Shown: positions 1 to 9,784 of the stretch, piece by piece
How positions within the stretch are numbered: position 1 is the first letter of the stretch
How the letters are laid out: every line of letters begins with the position of its first letter
Assembly: GCA_049581885.1 (NCBI GenBank)
Contig: JBAUSV010000070.1
Span: 1,918 to 65,917 of the forward strand
DNA length: 64,000 bases
Origin: Gammaproteobacteria bacterium
GTDB taxonomy: Bacteria > Pseudomonadota > Gammaproteobacteria > JAKDMP01
Direction of reading: 5' to 3'
The notes under the pieces: generated by a model
Database searches by the model: none
The model's input: only the letters and a program-made list of their open reading frames with translations
What the model was told of the DNA's origin: nothing
Position numbers and translations under genes: made by a program

Positions 1-98
1 GCCATCGTCCATGCATTGGTATTGAATTCGGCTCGATACCTTCAAGAAATCAAACCCCACAAAAGCAATTAATAGCCGCCACAGAATTACCCTGGCTG

Positions 99-2807
99 TC
101 AGCCGGTGTTCTGGAGTCCCTGGGCGATGCCGTTTACGGTGGCGAACAGCGCATCCAGCAATTCGCCCTGGGGGCGATCCTGTTCGCGCCAGTGCTTGAG
201 CAGCTCCACCTGGATCAGGCTCATGGGATCGACGTAGGGATTGCGCAGGCGGATCGAGCGCTGCAGCGTCGGATCGCCGTCCAGCAATTGGTGGTGCCCG
301 CGCAGGCGCAGGATCCACTCGACCGTCCGTTCGTATTCCTCGCGGATAGCCCGAAAGTGGTGAGCCAAGCCGGGCCCGGCGAGCGACGCGTAACGGGCCG
401 CGATAGGCATGTCCGTTTTCGCCAGCACCATTTCCGCATCGTCGAGCAAGGTATCGAAAAACCGCCACTCGCGGGCAAGGCGGCTCAGCAAGGCGTCCCC
501 GTGCACCTCGGCGGCGGCCTCCAGCCCCGTGCCGAGTCCATACCAGCCGGATATGATCTGCCGTGATTGCGTCCACGAGAAGACCCAGGGAATGGCACGC
601 AAGTCCTCGATGCCGGCCTTGCCGCGCCGCGCCGCCGGACGCGAACCGATTTTCATGCGCTCGATCACGTCGATGGGCGTGGCGCCGCGGAAGTAGTCGA
701 TGAAATCGGGGCTGTCATAGACAAGGCCACGGAACGCCTTGCGGCTCGCCGTGGCGAGCACCTCCATCACCGCGTCCGCGCCCTCCGGTCGCCCCGCTCC
801 CGCACGCTCGTTGGCGGTGGCGCGCAAGACCGCGCCTGCGGTCTGCTCCAGGGTGCGCAGAGCGATGCCGCGCAGTCCGTACTTGGCATTGATCATCTCG
901 CCCTGCTCGGTGACCCGTAAGCGATCCTGCACGGTGCCCGCAGGCGATGCCAGCACGGCGCGATGCATCTTGCCACCGCCGCGGCTGACCGAGCCGCCCC
1001 GGCCGTGGAAAATCGTGAGCCCGACCCCGGCGCGCCAGCAGGTTTCCGCCAGGCGCGATTGGGCCTGGTACAACGCCCAGCGGGCGGCCGCAAGTCCGCC
1101 ATCCTTGTTGCTGTCCGAGTAGCCCACCATGATGATCTGGCAATCGCCGCGCGCAGCCAGATGGACGCGATAGGCCGGATCATCGAACAATTCCTGCATG
1201 ACGGCGGCGGCGTTGCGCAAATCCTCCACGGTCTCGAACAACGGCGCCACATCCAGCGGAACCCGCCCGTCCTCGACCAGCCCCGCCTGCCGGGCCAGCC
1301 ACAACAGGCCCAACACGTCGTCGGCGCCGCGAGCCATGCTGATGATGTAGGGGCCGATCGCCCGCGACCCGTAATGCTCGCGCCCTTCTCGAATGGCCTG
1401 GAACACGTCTAGAACAGGAACCGACAACTCGTCCGGAGAGGCCTTTGCTTTCGGGTTTTTACGCAAGATCTCGGCACGCTCGGCCGCCGGCCGGGTCTCC
1501 CACGTGGTATCCCCAAGCAGTTGGCCTATGGCACGGCGATGGACCTCGGCACCCTGACGGATATCGAGCGTCGCCAGATGAAACCCGAAAGTTTCAGCCT
1601 TGCGGACGAATCGGTTCAGTGCAAACAGGCCTGCGTGCCCACCTTTGTGGTGACGCAGGCTGGACTGGATCAGGCGCAAATCTTCGAGCAGAGCTTCGGG
1701 AGCACCATAGGTGCCGTCTTCCCCGGCTTCCAGTGCCGACAAGCGCGTACGTACGTGTGCCAGCAACCGTCGGTACGGCATCCCGGCATGGCGCTCGGGA
1801 ATGCTTTTCTCGGTGCCGGGAAACTTTCTTGCGTAATGATCCACTCGTTCGAGCACGGCCGTATCGAAGCCGATGCGCCCTTGCGATTGACTGAGACGGC
1901 GGTACAGCAAGCCCAGATCGTACTGGTACAACTCAAGAACACGGCGGCGGTGATCCCTCAAGGTTTCGCGGAGCGTAGAGGCGGTCACGTTGGGGTTGCC
2001 GTCCATGTCCCCGCCCACCCAGGAACCGAAATGCACCACGGTAGGCAACGTTTCCTTCTCCGCACCCATGCCGATGCGAACAAGCGCTTCGCCAAGACGT
2101 TCGTAAAACACCGGCAACACGCGATAGAGGACGTCGGTCAGGTAGAAAAGCACGTGCTCGCGCTCGTTGGCGACCGTCATCCGTGCTTCCGGATATTCCT
2201 CGGTCTGCCAGGCCGAGGTGATCTCATTGCGTACAAGCTCCACGCGTGCCTGGTTCTCGCGTGGCGTCAGACCCGGATCCAAACGTTCGGCCAGCGCGCG
2301 GGCAAGACGCTGCTGCTTCTCGAGCAGGGTGCGTCGCGTCGATTCGGTCGGGTGCGCAGTAAAGACCGGCTCGATGCGCAAGCCTGCCAACAGATCGTGT
2401 ATCCGGCCAACGCTGCAGCCCTCTTCCAGCATCTTTCGCAAGCTGTATTCCAGACCGCCGGGCTGGGGCTCTTCGCTGTGCCGTTCGTAGTCTCGGCGGC
2501 GGCGGATCCGGTGCACCCGTTCGGCCAGATTCACGACCTGGAAGTAGGCTGAAAACGCCCGCACCAGTTCACTGGCCTGCGCCGGTGCCAGCCCGGCGAG
2601 TTCGCGCTCCAGAAGAACACTACCGTCGCCCTGTTCACGCCGGCCTATGGCGGCCGCACGCACGGCTTCGACCCGATCAAACAATTCGTTGCCGCCCTGC
2701 TCGACCAGAACCTCGCCGACCAACCGGCCGAGCAGGTTGACGTCATCGCGCAGGCCTTCGTCCTTGGCGGCGAATTTCACCTCACGTTCCGGTGGCGGCT
2801 GTGTCAT
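99..2807 (-). CDS. ppc: phosphoenolpyruvate carboxylase
   Basis: The 966-aa ORF has full-length PEPC-like sequence ending in the typical C-terminal QNTG. The likely true start is the internal ATG at 2807 (MTQPPPEREVKF), giving about 903 aa. Confidence 0.9.
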   Translation of the reverse strand: MTQPPPEREVKFAAKDEGLRDDVNLLGRLVGEVLVEQGGNELFDRVEAVRAAAIGRREQGDGSVLLERELAGLAPAQASELVRAFSAYFQVVNLAERVHRIRRRRDYERHSEEPQPGGLEYSLRKMLEEGCSVGRIHDLLAGLRIEPVFTAHPTESTRRTLLEKQQRLARALAERLDPGLTPRENQARVELVRNEITSAWQTEEYPEARMTVANEREHVLFYLTDVLYRVLPVFYERLGEALVRIGMGAEKETLPTVVHFGSWVGGDMDGNPNVTASTLRETLRDHRRRVLELYQYDLGLLYRRLSQSQGRIGFDTAVLERVDHYARKFPGTEKSIPERHAGMPYRRLLAHVRTRLSALEAGEDGTYGAPEALLEDLRLIQSSLRHHKGGHAGLFALNRFVRKAETFGFHLATLDIRQGAEVHRRAIGQLLGDTTWETRPAAERAEILRKNPKAKASPDELSVPVLDVFQAIREGREHYGSRAIGPYIISMARGADDVLGLLWLARQAGLVEDGRVPLDVAPLFETVEDLRNAAAVMQELFDDPAYRVHLAARGDCQIIMVGYSDSNKDGGLAAARWALYQAQSRLAETCWRAGVGLTIFHGRGGSVSRGGGKMHRAVLASPAGTVQDRLRVTEQGEMINAKYGLRGIALRTLEQTAGAVLRATANERAGAGRPEGADAVMEVLATASRKAFRGLVYDSPDFIDYFRGATPIDVIERMKIGSRPAARRGKAGIEDLRAIPWVFSWTQSRQIISGWYGLGTGLEAAAEVHGDALLSRLAREWRFFDTLLDDAEMVLAKTDMPIAARYASLAGPGLAHHFRAIREEYERTVEWILRLRGHHQLLDGDPTLQRSIRLRNPYVDPMSLIQVELLKHWREQDRPQGELLDALFATVNGIAQGLQNTG

Positions 2808-2925
2808 GGCTCCAGTGTACTCAAACCTGGCAACCCACACGCCAGCCGCCAGCATCCGGCGACGCTGCGCGCCCGACCCGTTACAATCGCGTTTGTACAA
2901 GCCCACCCCGAAAAGGAGCGTGTCC

Positions 2926-3549
2926 TTGATTTCACCCCAGGCAGCACTCGAGAGACTGCGCGAAGGCAACCGGCGTTTTGCCTCGGGCGTACGCAGCATC
3001 GATACTCTTTTGAGCCAGGCTCAGCGTAGCGAACTGGTCGGCGGCCAGGAGCCTTTCGCGGTCATCCTCGGCTGCTCGGATTCGCGCGTTCCGGTGGAGA
3101 TCATCTTCGACCAGGGCCTGGGCGATCTGTTCGTCATCCGCGTTGCGGGCAACATCGTCGCCCCTTCGCACATCGGCAGCGTTGAATTCGCCGCCGAGGC
3201 ATTCGGCACCCGCCTGGTCGTGGTGCTGGGCCATTCGAGTTGCGGCGCGGTGACTGCTACAGTCGACGAACTGCAACGGCCAAGCGATAGCCGCTCCCCG
3301 AACCTGCGCGATATCGTGGACCGTGTCCGGCCCTCCGTGGAAGGGTTGCTGAAGACCGAATTGCGCAACCAGAGGGAGGCATTGATTCAGGAAGCGGTCC
3401 GCGCGAATATCCGCGCCTCCGCCGATCACTTGCGCCATGGTTCCAAGGTGCTCGAGGAACTCATCAAGAAAGATGGCCTGCTCGTAGTCGGGGCCGAGTA
3501 TTCGCTGGAGACCGGGTTGGTCGATTTTTTCGACGGCATGTCCGATTAA
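2926..3549 (+). CDS. beta-class carbonic anhydrase
   Basis: The CSDSR and HSSCGA motifs are the beta-CA zinc ligands. An AAAAGGAG RBS lies at 2911-2918. A TTG at 2926 or a GTG at 2920 are the candidate starts, since the ORF track begins too far upstream. Confidence 0.8.
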   Translation: MISPQAALERLREGNRRFASGVRSIDTLLSQAQRSELVGGQEPFAVILGCSDSRVPVEIIFDQGLGDLFVIRVAGNIVAPSHIGSVEFAAEAFGTRLVVVLGHSSCGAVTATVDELQRPSDSRSPNLRDIVDRVRPSVEGLLKTELRNQREALIQEAVRANIRASADHLRHGSKVLEELIKKDGLLVVGAEYSLETGLVDFFDGMSD

Positions 3550-3568
3550 CGCTGCTACTGGGTAACGG

Positions 3569-4303
3569 CTAAGGCGTCGTCTGGCGCGTCGGCATCAGCA
3601 GCATTTCCTGCACGTTCATGTTCGCCGGCTGCGCGAAGGCATAGACCAGCGCGCGGGCGATGTCCTCCGAGGTCAGTGCCTCGAGGCTGTCGCGGCGTTC
3701 CTTCATCTTGTCCTCGGGCACGTTGTAGCCCCAATGGGTATAGACCGCGCCGGGCTCGATCAGCGACACCCGGATGCCTTCCGGGCCCAGTTCCTTGCGC
3801 AGTGCATCGTGGAAGCCGACGACGGCAAACTTGGTGGCGTTGTACACCGACCAGCCGGCAAGACCGTAACGGCCGCCGACGCTGGAGACGGTGCTGATCA
3901 TCGCACCGGGGCGTCCGCGCAGCAGCGGGATGGCGCGCTGGGTGCAATGCAGGACGCCGTAGAGATTGGCGTCGATGGTCGCCTTCCATTCCTCCTGCGG
4001 GCTGGTTTCGAACGGATTGTTGTAGCCGACGCCGGCGTTGTTGAAGAGCAGGTCGAGGCCGCCGAAGCGGGACTTCACGGCGTCGAACACCCGATCGACC
4101 GCCGCCCGGTCGCCCACGTCGGCAGCTTGTACCACGGCCCGCTCACCGATGTCGGCGGCCAGCGCCTCCAGCTTGTCAGCGCTGCGGGCCACCAGCACGA
4201 CGTTCACGCCCTCCGCTGCGAGCAGGTGCGCTGCGGCGTGGCCGATGCCACTGGAGGCGCCGGTGATGACCGCGACCCTGTCGTTCAGATCCATGAGTTC
4301 CAT
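3569..4303 (-). CDS. SDR family NAD(P)-dependent oxidoreductase
   Basis: The Rossmann motif TGASSGIG and the YxxxK catalytic motif are present. A GGAGG RBS sits before the ATG at 4303. Confidence 0.8.
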   Translation of the reverse strand: MELMDLNDRVAVITGASSGIGHAAAHLLAAEGVNVVLVARSADKLEALAADIGERAVVQAADVGDRAAVDRVFDAVKSRFGGLDLLFNNAGVGYNNPFETSPQEEWKATIDANLYGVLHCTQRAIPLLRGRPGAMISTVSSVGGRYGLAGWSVYNATKFAVVGFHDALRKELGPEGIRVSLIEPGAVYTHWGYNVPEDKMKERRDSLEALTSEDIARALVYAFAQPANMNVQEMLLMPTRQTTP

Positions 4304-4415
4304 GACTTTGCCTCCGTTCGAACCGCATCCGCGTTGACGCCCGGAGTTCTCGTTGACAGGCACCACCGGATGGGTAAAACTTGTACCGACACCAAGCATA
4401 ACAGGGACCCTCGGA

Positions 4416-5636
4416 ATGGGAATTGATCGAAAATCCGCACGGCGGGGCACTTCTTCCCGGCTGGCAACCGTCTGCAAGCTCCTTTTCATTGGCGTCCTGG
4501 TGGGATGCGGCGCAAGCAGCACCAATGCATCGCCCACCCAGGTGCAGACACCGCTGATCCTGTCCGTGCATGATGCGCCGGTGCCCTTCAAGGGGTCGGA
4601 CGGCAAAACCCACCTGGTCTACGAACTCTGGGTGACCAACTTCTCCAGCGCACAGATCACCGTCACGCAGGCCGAGGTATTCGGAGACGGCCAGCCACTG
4701 GAAACCCTCGGCACTTCGCAAATCGCCCAGCGCCTGCAACCAGTCGGAAACGCGGATCGGAGTACAAGTGCCATCATGCAACCCGGCACCGTGTCGCTGC
4801 TGTTCCTGCACTTGATACTGCCGGACGGGACTGCCGTTCCGCAAAAGCTGAGCCAGGAAATCGCCTTCAGTGCCGTTGGTCGTGACCAGCAATTCATGGA
4901 ACACGGTGGCACGATCAAGGTGGACTTCCGCCCGCCGTTGATCATCGGCCCGCCGCTGATGGGTGCCAACCTGATCAGCGCCGATTCCTGCTGCGACGCC
5001 ATCCGTCATACGCGTGCCGCACTGCCGATCAACGGCCGCGTCTGGCTCGCGCAGCGCTATGCCGTGGACTGGGAACAACTCGACGACCACAACCGTGTCT
5101 ATTCCGGTCCCAGGGACGACGTGCACAGCTACACGATTTACGGTGACAACGTCTATGCCGTGGCCGACGGCAAGGTGGTTCTGGCGATCAACGACCAGCC
5201 CGACCAGGTGCCGGGACAGCCTCCCTCCGGCATCACGCTGGACAACGCGGACGGCAATGCCGTAATCGAGGACCTCGGCAACGGCAGCTATGCACTGTAC
5301 GCGCACTTGGTGCCCGGCAGCGTCACGGTACATGTCGGCGACACCGTCACGCGTGGCGAGATCATCGGCAAGGTCGGCAATTCGGGCAACTCGATCGCGC
5401 CCCACCTGCATTTCCATGTGACAAACGGTCCGCTGCCCCTGGCCTCCAACGGCCTGCCCTACGAGATTGATTCATATCAGCTCACCGCCATTTCGCCGAG
5501 CACGGAAGCCTTCGACGAGGCCGAGGCCAACGGCACTCCGCTGGACGTAATGCCCGTCGACCCGCCCGCGGCAGTGACCAACGCGCTGCCGCTGGACCAA
5601 CTCGTCTTCACCCTCGGGCCGCCCTCCACCCGTTAG
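4416..5636 (+). CDS. M23 family metallopeptidase lipoprotein
   Basis: There is a lipobox (LLFIGVLVGC) and the C-terminal HxxxD and HLHFHV motifs of LytM/M23 peptidases. The start is ambiguous between 4353 and 4416. Confidence 0.75.
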   Translation: MGIDRKSARRGTSSRLATVCKLLFIGVLVGCGASSTNASPTQVQTPLILSVHDAPVPFKGSDGKTHLVYELWVTNFSSAQITVTQAEVFGDGQPLETLGTSQIAQRLQPVGNADRSTSAIMQPGTVSLLFLHLILPDGTAVPQKLSQEIAFSAVGRDQQFMEHGGTIKVDFRPPLIIGPPLMGANLISADSCCDAIRHTRAALPINGRVWLAQRYAVDWEQLDDHNRVYSGPRDDVHSYTIYGDNVYAVADGKVVLAINDQPDQVPGQPPSGITLDNADGNAVIEDLGNGSYALYAHLVPGSVTVHVGDTVTRGEIIGKVGNSGNSIAPHLHFHVTNGPLPLASNGLPYEIDSYQLTAISPSTEAFDEAEANGTPLDVMPVDPPAAVTNALPLDQLVFTLGPPSTR

Positions 5637-5659
5637 GGGCCTGCCGCTATCATGAGGGC

Positions 5660-6361
5660 ATGAAGACGATCGGCCTGCTGGGCGGGATGAGCTGGGAAAG
5701 CACGGCAAGCTACTACCGTGCTATCAACGAGGGCATCAAGGGCGCGCTTGGCGGCCTGCATTCCGCGCGCATCGTGCTCTACAGCGTGGACTTCGACCCC
5801 GTAGAGAAAATGCAGCAGGCTGGAGACTGGGACTCCGCCGCTGAATTGCTGGCGGATGCAGGCAAAAGCGTACAAACGGCGGGTGCCGATTGCCTGCTGA
5901 TCTGCGCCAACACGATGCACAAGATCGCCCCGCAGGTGGAACGGGCCGTCGGCATCCCCTTGCTGCACATCGCCGACGCCACGGGCGAGGCGCTCGTGCG
6001 CGCCGGAATCCGAAAGGCCGGATTGCTGGGCACGGCCTTCACCATGGAACAGGATTTCTATCGCGGCCGCCTGGCCGACAGGCACGGGCTCGAGGTGGTC
6101 ACCCCGAATGCGGAGGATCGTCGAATCGTGCACCGGATCATCTACGAGGAGCTGTGCCTCGGAACAATCGAGGCGGCATCGAAACAGGCATACCTGAGGG
6201 TCATCGACGACCTGGTGCGACAGGGCGCCGAAGCCGTCATCCTCGGATGCACCGAGATCGCCCTGCTGGTCAGCCAGAATGACACCTCGGCGAGACTGTT
6301 TGACACCGCGGCTCTCCATGCGCAGAAGGCCGTAGAGTTCGCCCTGAAGGGCCACGACTGA
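5660..6361 (+). CDS. aspartate/glutamate racemase family protein
   Basis: The N-terminal LGGMSWESTASYY and a second Cys-containing half (ILGCTE) match the Asp/Glu/hydantoin racemase superfamily. Confidence 0.8.
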   Translation: MKTIGLLGGMSWESTASYYRAINEGIKGALGGLHSARIVLYSVDFDPVEKMQQAGDWDSAAELLADAGKSVQTAGADCLLICANTMHKIAPQVERAVGIPLLHIADATGEALVRAGIRKAGLLGTAFTMEQDFYRGRLADRHGLEVVTPNAEDRRIVHRIIYEELCLGTIEAASKQAYLRVIDDLVRQGAEAVILGCTEIALLVSQNDTSARLFDTAALHAQKAVEFALKGHD

Positions 6362-6388
6362 GAACCCGCCCCGGGCAAGGCTATATCG

Positions 6389-6793
6389 ATGTCGCTCGTA
6401 CTTTTCTACAAGGCATTCGTAATCTGGTTGGGGATACTCATGCTGGCCATGACCAACGGCGCCTTCCGCGAAGGCGTGTTGATCCCTCGCCTTGGCTCTC
6501 CCGCCGGCCTGGTTCTGAGCGGCGGCCTGCTTTCACTGCTGATCCTGTCCGTGACCTATGCTGTGCTGCCCTGGCTCGGCCCGTTGCCCGAGTCCGGGTA
6601 CTGGTGCACGGGACTCTTCTGGCTCGCGCTGACGCTCACCTTCGAGTTCGGCTTCGGCCGGCTGGTTCAGCACAAGAAGTGGACCGAATTACTGGAGGCC
6701 TATACTTTCCGTGGCGGCAATATATGGCCTCTGGTGCTCGCGGTAACGACCCTGGCACCCTGGCTCGCTGCCAGGCTCAGAGATGTCGGATAA
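6389..6793 (+). CDS. hypothetical integral membrane protein
   Basis: This is a 134-aa ORF with three or four predicted hydrophobic helices and no recognisable family. Confidence 0.45.
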   Translation: MSLVLFYKAFVIWLGILMLAMTNGAFREGVLIPRLGSPAGLVLSGGLLSLLILSVTYAVLPWLGPLPESGYWCTGLFWLALTLTFEFGFGRLVQHKKWTELLEAYTFRGGNIWPLVLAVTTLAPWLAARLRDVG

Positions 6794-6819
6794 ACCCATA
6801 CCGGACGCGGGACACAGGG

Positions 6820-6969
6820 ATGATCGACTGGTTCGAGATTTACGTGCAGGACATGGAGCGGACGCGAGCCTTCTACGAAAAGGAGAAATTCCCCATCGCT
6901 AAATATGGCTTCATCGCGCTGGCCTTCGACACCGAGGATAATCTCATCGGCCTGCATTCCATGTACTGA
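6820..6969 (+). pseudogene. glyoxalase/VOC-like half-domain fragment (49 aa)
   Basis: MIDWFEIYVQDMERTRAFYE is the typical first beta-alpha-beta-beta-beta module of VOC proteins, but the ORF stops after about 49 aa. Confidence 0.25.
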
Positions 6970-6982
6970 GGGAACGCCGGGC

Positions 6983-7447
6983 ATGGACATTCGTATCGAC
7001 GATCCCGCGCGGCCGGAGATAAAGCGACTGTTGCGGGAACACTTGGAGAACATGGCGCTCTATTCGCCGCCGGAAAGCATTCATGCCCTGGATGCCAAAG
7101 GCCTGCTCAAGCCGGAGATCACGCTGTGGGGCGCATGGGAAGGAGGCGAGCTCCTGGGCTGCGGCGTGCTCAAGGAACTCGACCACCGGCATGGCGAAAT
7201 CAAGTCCATGCGCACCGCCGAAAAGCACAGACGGCGGGGCGTGGCGGCACAGCTCCTGACTCATCTCATCGCCGAGGCCCGGCGACGCTCATACCATCGA
7301 CTCAGCCTGGAGACGGGGTCCGACGCAGCCTTTGAGCCGGCTCGACAGCTTTACGGTCGTTTCGGCTTCCACGAGTGCGGACCGTTCAACGGCTATGTCG
7401 AGGACCCTTACAGCGTGTACATGACCCGGACCCTGCCCCGGAGCTAG
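6983..7447 (+). CDS. GNAT family N-acetyltransferase
   Basis: The acetyl-CoA binding motif (RRRGVAAQLL...GF) is present. The start was set at the ATG at 6983. Confidence 0.8.
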   Translation: MDIRIDDPARPEIKRLLREHLENMALYSPPESIHALDAKGLLKPEITLWGAWEGGELLGCGVLKELDHRHGEIKSMRTAEKHRRRGVAAQLLTHLIAEARRRSYHRLSLETGSDAAFEPARQLYGRFGFHECGPFNGYVEDPYSVYMTRTLPRS

Positions 7448-7668
7448 CTCATGGCAAGCGTGACCATCATCTCCTGCGTCGCCGGCGACGTGATGAATGC
7501 CGATCCAACCGGTCGAAAGTGTCCCGATGGACAGCGCGGGCGATTATGGTCCAGGCCTTTTGTACTGCCTGTCGAACGACCCGCATCAAGCCCCGGGCAG
7601 CGCACTGTCATGGGACATTGCTTAAGCGTACACTAGAGCTTAAATATCAAACAGACAGGACACATTCG

Positions 7669-8106
7669 ATGCAGAATTTCCCCCACCACTACAAGGTCGC
7701 GGCGGCAGCGGATCCGGACGGAGAGGTTTCCCTGAAATGCGAGGGCCTGGAGACGATCGCCTCCGTTGCACCCGTTGAATTTGACGGCCCGGGGGACAAG
7801 TGGTCACCTGAAACCCTGTTGACCGCAGCGGTCGCCGACTGCTTCATTCTCACCTTCCGCGCTATCGCGCGCGCATCGAAACTGGAATGGACATCGCTGG
7901 AATGCGAGGTCGAGGGGACACTCGATCGCAGGGAACACGTAACCCTGTTTACGGAATTCACGCTGCAGGCGACGCTCGCGGTACCGCCGGGCACGGACGA
8001 GGAACGTGCCCATCACCTCCTCGAGAAGGCCGAGGCGGGCTGCCTGGTCACCAACTCCCTGTCCGCTGAAATACACCTGAATGCCAAGGTGTCGAAGGCG
8101 GCATAG
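7669..8106 (+). CDS. OsmC/Ohr family peroxiredoxin-like protein
   Basis: The OsmC fold signature with two conserved Cys (ADCF...EAGCLVTNSL) is present. A dyad CTTAAGC-N10-GCTTAA lies upstream. Confidence 0.8.
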   Translation: MQNFPHHYKVAAAADPDGEVSLKCEGLETIASVAPVEFDGPGDKWSPETLLTAAVADCFILTFRAIARASKLEWTSLECEVEGTLDRREHVTLFTEFTLQATLAVPPGTDEERAHHLLEKAEAGCLVTNSLSAEIHLNAKVSKAA

Positions 8107-8171
8107 ACAGTTGCCATGCAGACCTGATTTCCAAGCCTTCTAATCCATCCCTTTCTTACCGGAGAGCCATC

Positions 8172-8678
8172 ATGGAAAACAAGGACCAGACCCGACACAG
8201 ACTGATAGAGCAATACGACAAGCTTGCCGAAAAGTTTAATGAACTTTACCGCGAGGGGCGGGACTACGGACGCAAATCGATGTCCGTGGCACTGGACAAG
8301 GCCCGCGAGCAGTTGACCGAACTCGGGGAATTCAGCGCCGAACACGGGGAAGAATTGAAAAAATACCTTGCCCGCGACCTCGACCAGTTCATCGCCGATA
8401 CCCGGCACCTGGGCAAGGAAGCCCGTGAGCAATTCCATCCGTCGCGCTTGGGTGCCGGCGCGCTGGCTTCACTCGCCGACGTGCTGGAATCTACCGGCAA
8501 CGCCTTGCATTCGCTGGGCGAGAAAACCAAGCAGACTCTGACCTACAAAACCGGCGAATTAACCTCCGCCGGCACCTTGACCTGCCGCGCCTGCGGGCAA
8601 AAAATGCATTTGAAGAAAACCGGGCATATTCCGCCTTGCTCCAAATGCAGCGGCACCGTGTTCAACAAGGGTTACTGA
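8172..8678 (+). CDS. zinc-ribbon domain protein
   Basis: It has a helical N-terminus and a C-terminal CxxC...CxxC zinc ribbon (CRACGQ...CSKCSG). Confidence 0.55.
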   Translation: MENKDQTRHRLIEQYDKLAEKFNELYREGRDYGRKSMSVALDKAREQLTELGEFSAEHGEELKKYLARDLDQFIADTRHLGKEAREQFHPSRLGAGALASLADVLESTGNALHSLGEKTKQTLTYKTGELTSAGTLTCRACGQKMHLKKTGHIPPCSKCSGTVFNKGY

Positions 8679-8973
8679 CCCGGGAAAACCGGCATGCTGA
8701 GGGTAAAAATGGATGAAGCGAACGGAACCGCCCTGTCCGAACCCGATGGATCCTTGTCGGAAAAGGATTTCCAGCACGCAGCGGAGGTGGTCAACGCCTG
8801 GATAGAGGAAATAGACGGTTGAAAGGGTTGGTCATTCACGCGAAGACATTTCCCGACTGGGATTCGTTCCGGGTCCGGGTGTTCCACCTCGCCTTCATTT
8901 GCAATCACCACCGTAAGATCGGGCGCATGGCCTTCGCAACGGATACGTCGGCACCCACGACCCGCACTAGACA

Positions 8974-9765
8974 ATGACCAGCGCCGCATGGCGTATGCCT
9001 GTCCTGTTCGTCGGGCACGGCAATCCGATGAACGCCATCGAGCCCAGCCGTTTCCATCGCCGCTGGGAAGCGCTGGGGCGCGAATTGCCACAACCGCGGG
9101 CCGTGCTGTGCATATCCGCTCACTGGGAAACCCGGGGCCTGTCCCTGACGGCCGCCGAACGCCCCGACACCATTCACGATTTCTACGGATTCCCCAAGGC
9201 CCTGTTCGATGTCCGCTATCCCGCTCCGGGCGATCCCGACCTCGCGCAGCGGTGTGCCGAACTGCTTGTCGACGATGGCGCGCGTCTCGACCCCGGACGC
9301 GGTCTCGATCACGGCGCCTGGAGCGTTCTGATCGCCATGTACCCGGACGCGAACGTTCCCGTCGTGCAACTAAGCCTGGATACAGGCCGGCCCGGAGCCT
9401 TTCACTACCGCATTGCCCGGGCGCTGGCGCCACTGCGCGACGAAGGCGTGCTCATTCTGGGAAGCGGCAACATCGTGCATAACCTGCGCCTGTTCGAATA
9501 TCATGACCCCGAACCTCTGGACTGGGCGATTGACTTCGACGCGACGGTTCGGCAACGAATCGCCTCGGGCGAACACGGGGGCCTGATCGACTACGCCGGG
9601 CTCGGCCCCGGCGCCGCCCTGGCGATACCCACGCCGGAACATTACCTGCCCCTGCTGTACGCTCTCGGCCTGCAGACAGAGGAGGAGCAACCGGTGTTTT
9701 TCAATGACGAAGTTACAGGTTCGATCTCCATGACCTCGATCCGGATTGGAGCAGGAAGCCTATGA
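8974..9765 (+). CDS. 4,5-DOPA-dioxygenase-like extradiol ring-cleavage dioxygenase (YgiD/LigB family)
   Basis: MPVLFVGHGNPMN and the His ligands give class III extradiol dioxygenase similarity over the full length. Its last roughly 50 nt are repeated twice downstream. Confidence 0.8.
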   Translation: MTSAAWRMPVLFVGHGNPMNAIEPSRFHRRWEALGRELPQPRAVLCISAHWETRGLSLTAAERPDTIHDFYGFPKALFDVRYPAPGDPDLAQRCAELLVDDGARLDPGRGLDHGAWSVLIAMYPDANVPVVQLSLDTGRPGAFHYRIARALAPLRDEGVLILGSGNIVHNLRLFEYHDPEPLDWAIDFDATVRQRIASGEHGGLIDYAGLGPGAALAIPTPEHYLPLLYALGLQTEEEQPVFFNDEVTGSISMTSIRIGAGSL

Positions 9766-9784
9766 TCGGTGGCCGGGAAGTCAT
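9722..9784 (+). repeat. repeat copy 1 (3' end of the dioxygenase gene plus the start of the downstream ORF)
   Basis: GTTACAGGTTCGATCTCCATGACCTCGATCCGGATTGGAGCAGGAAGCCTATGATCGGTGGCC encodes ...VTGSISMTSIRIGAGSL*. Confidence 0.7.

Noticed and set aside
99-2999. Full 966-aa extent of the ppc ORF
   Set aside because: PEPC proteins are about 880-930 aa. The first 64 codons have no PEPC similarity, and an ATG at 2807 starts MTQPPPEREVKF, so the upstream part is probably untranslated leader.
3734-5417. ORFs 3734..4426 (+) and 4176..5417 (-), antisense to the SDR and M23 peptidase genes
   Set aside because: They overlap genes that have clear motifs on the opposite strand, and show no RBS or family similarity.
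8672-9433. 253-aa Arg-rich ORF antisense to the dioxygenase gene
   Set aside because: A highly basic, repetitive translation opposite a well-supported gene.
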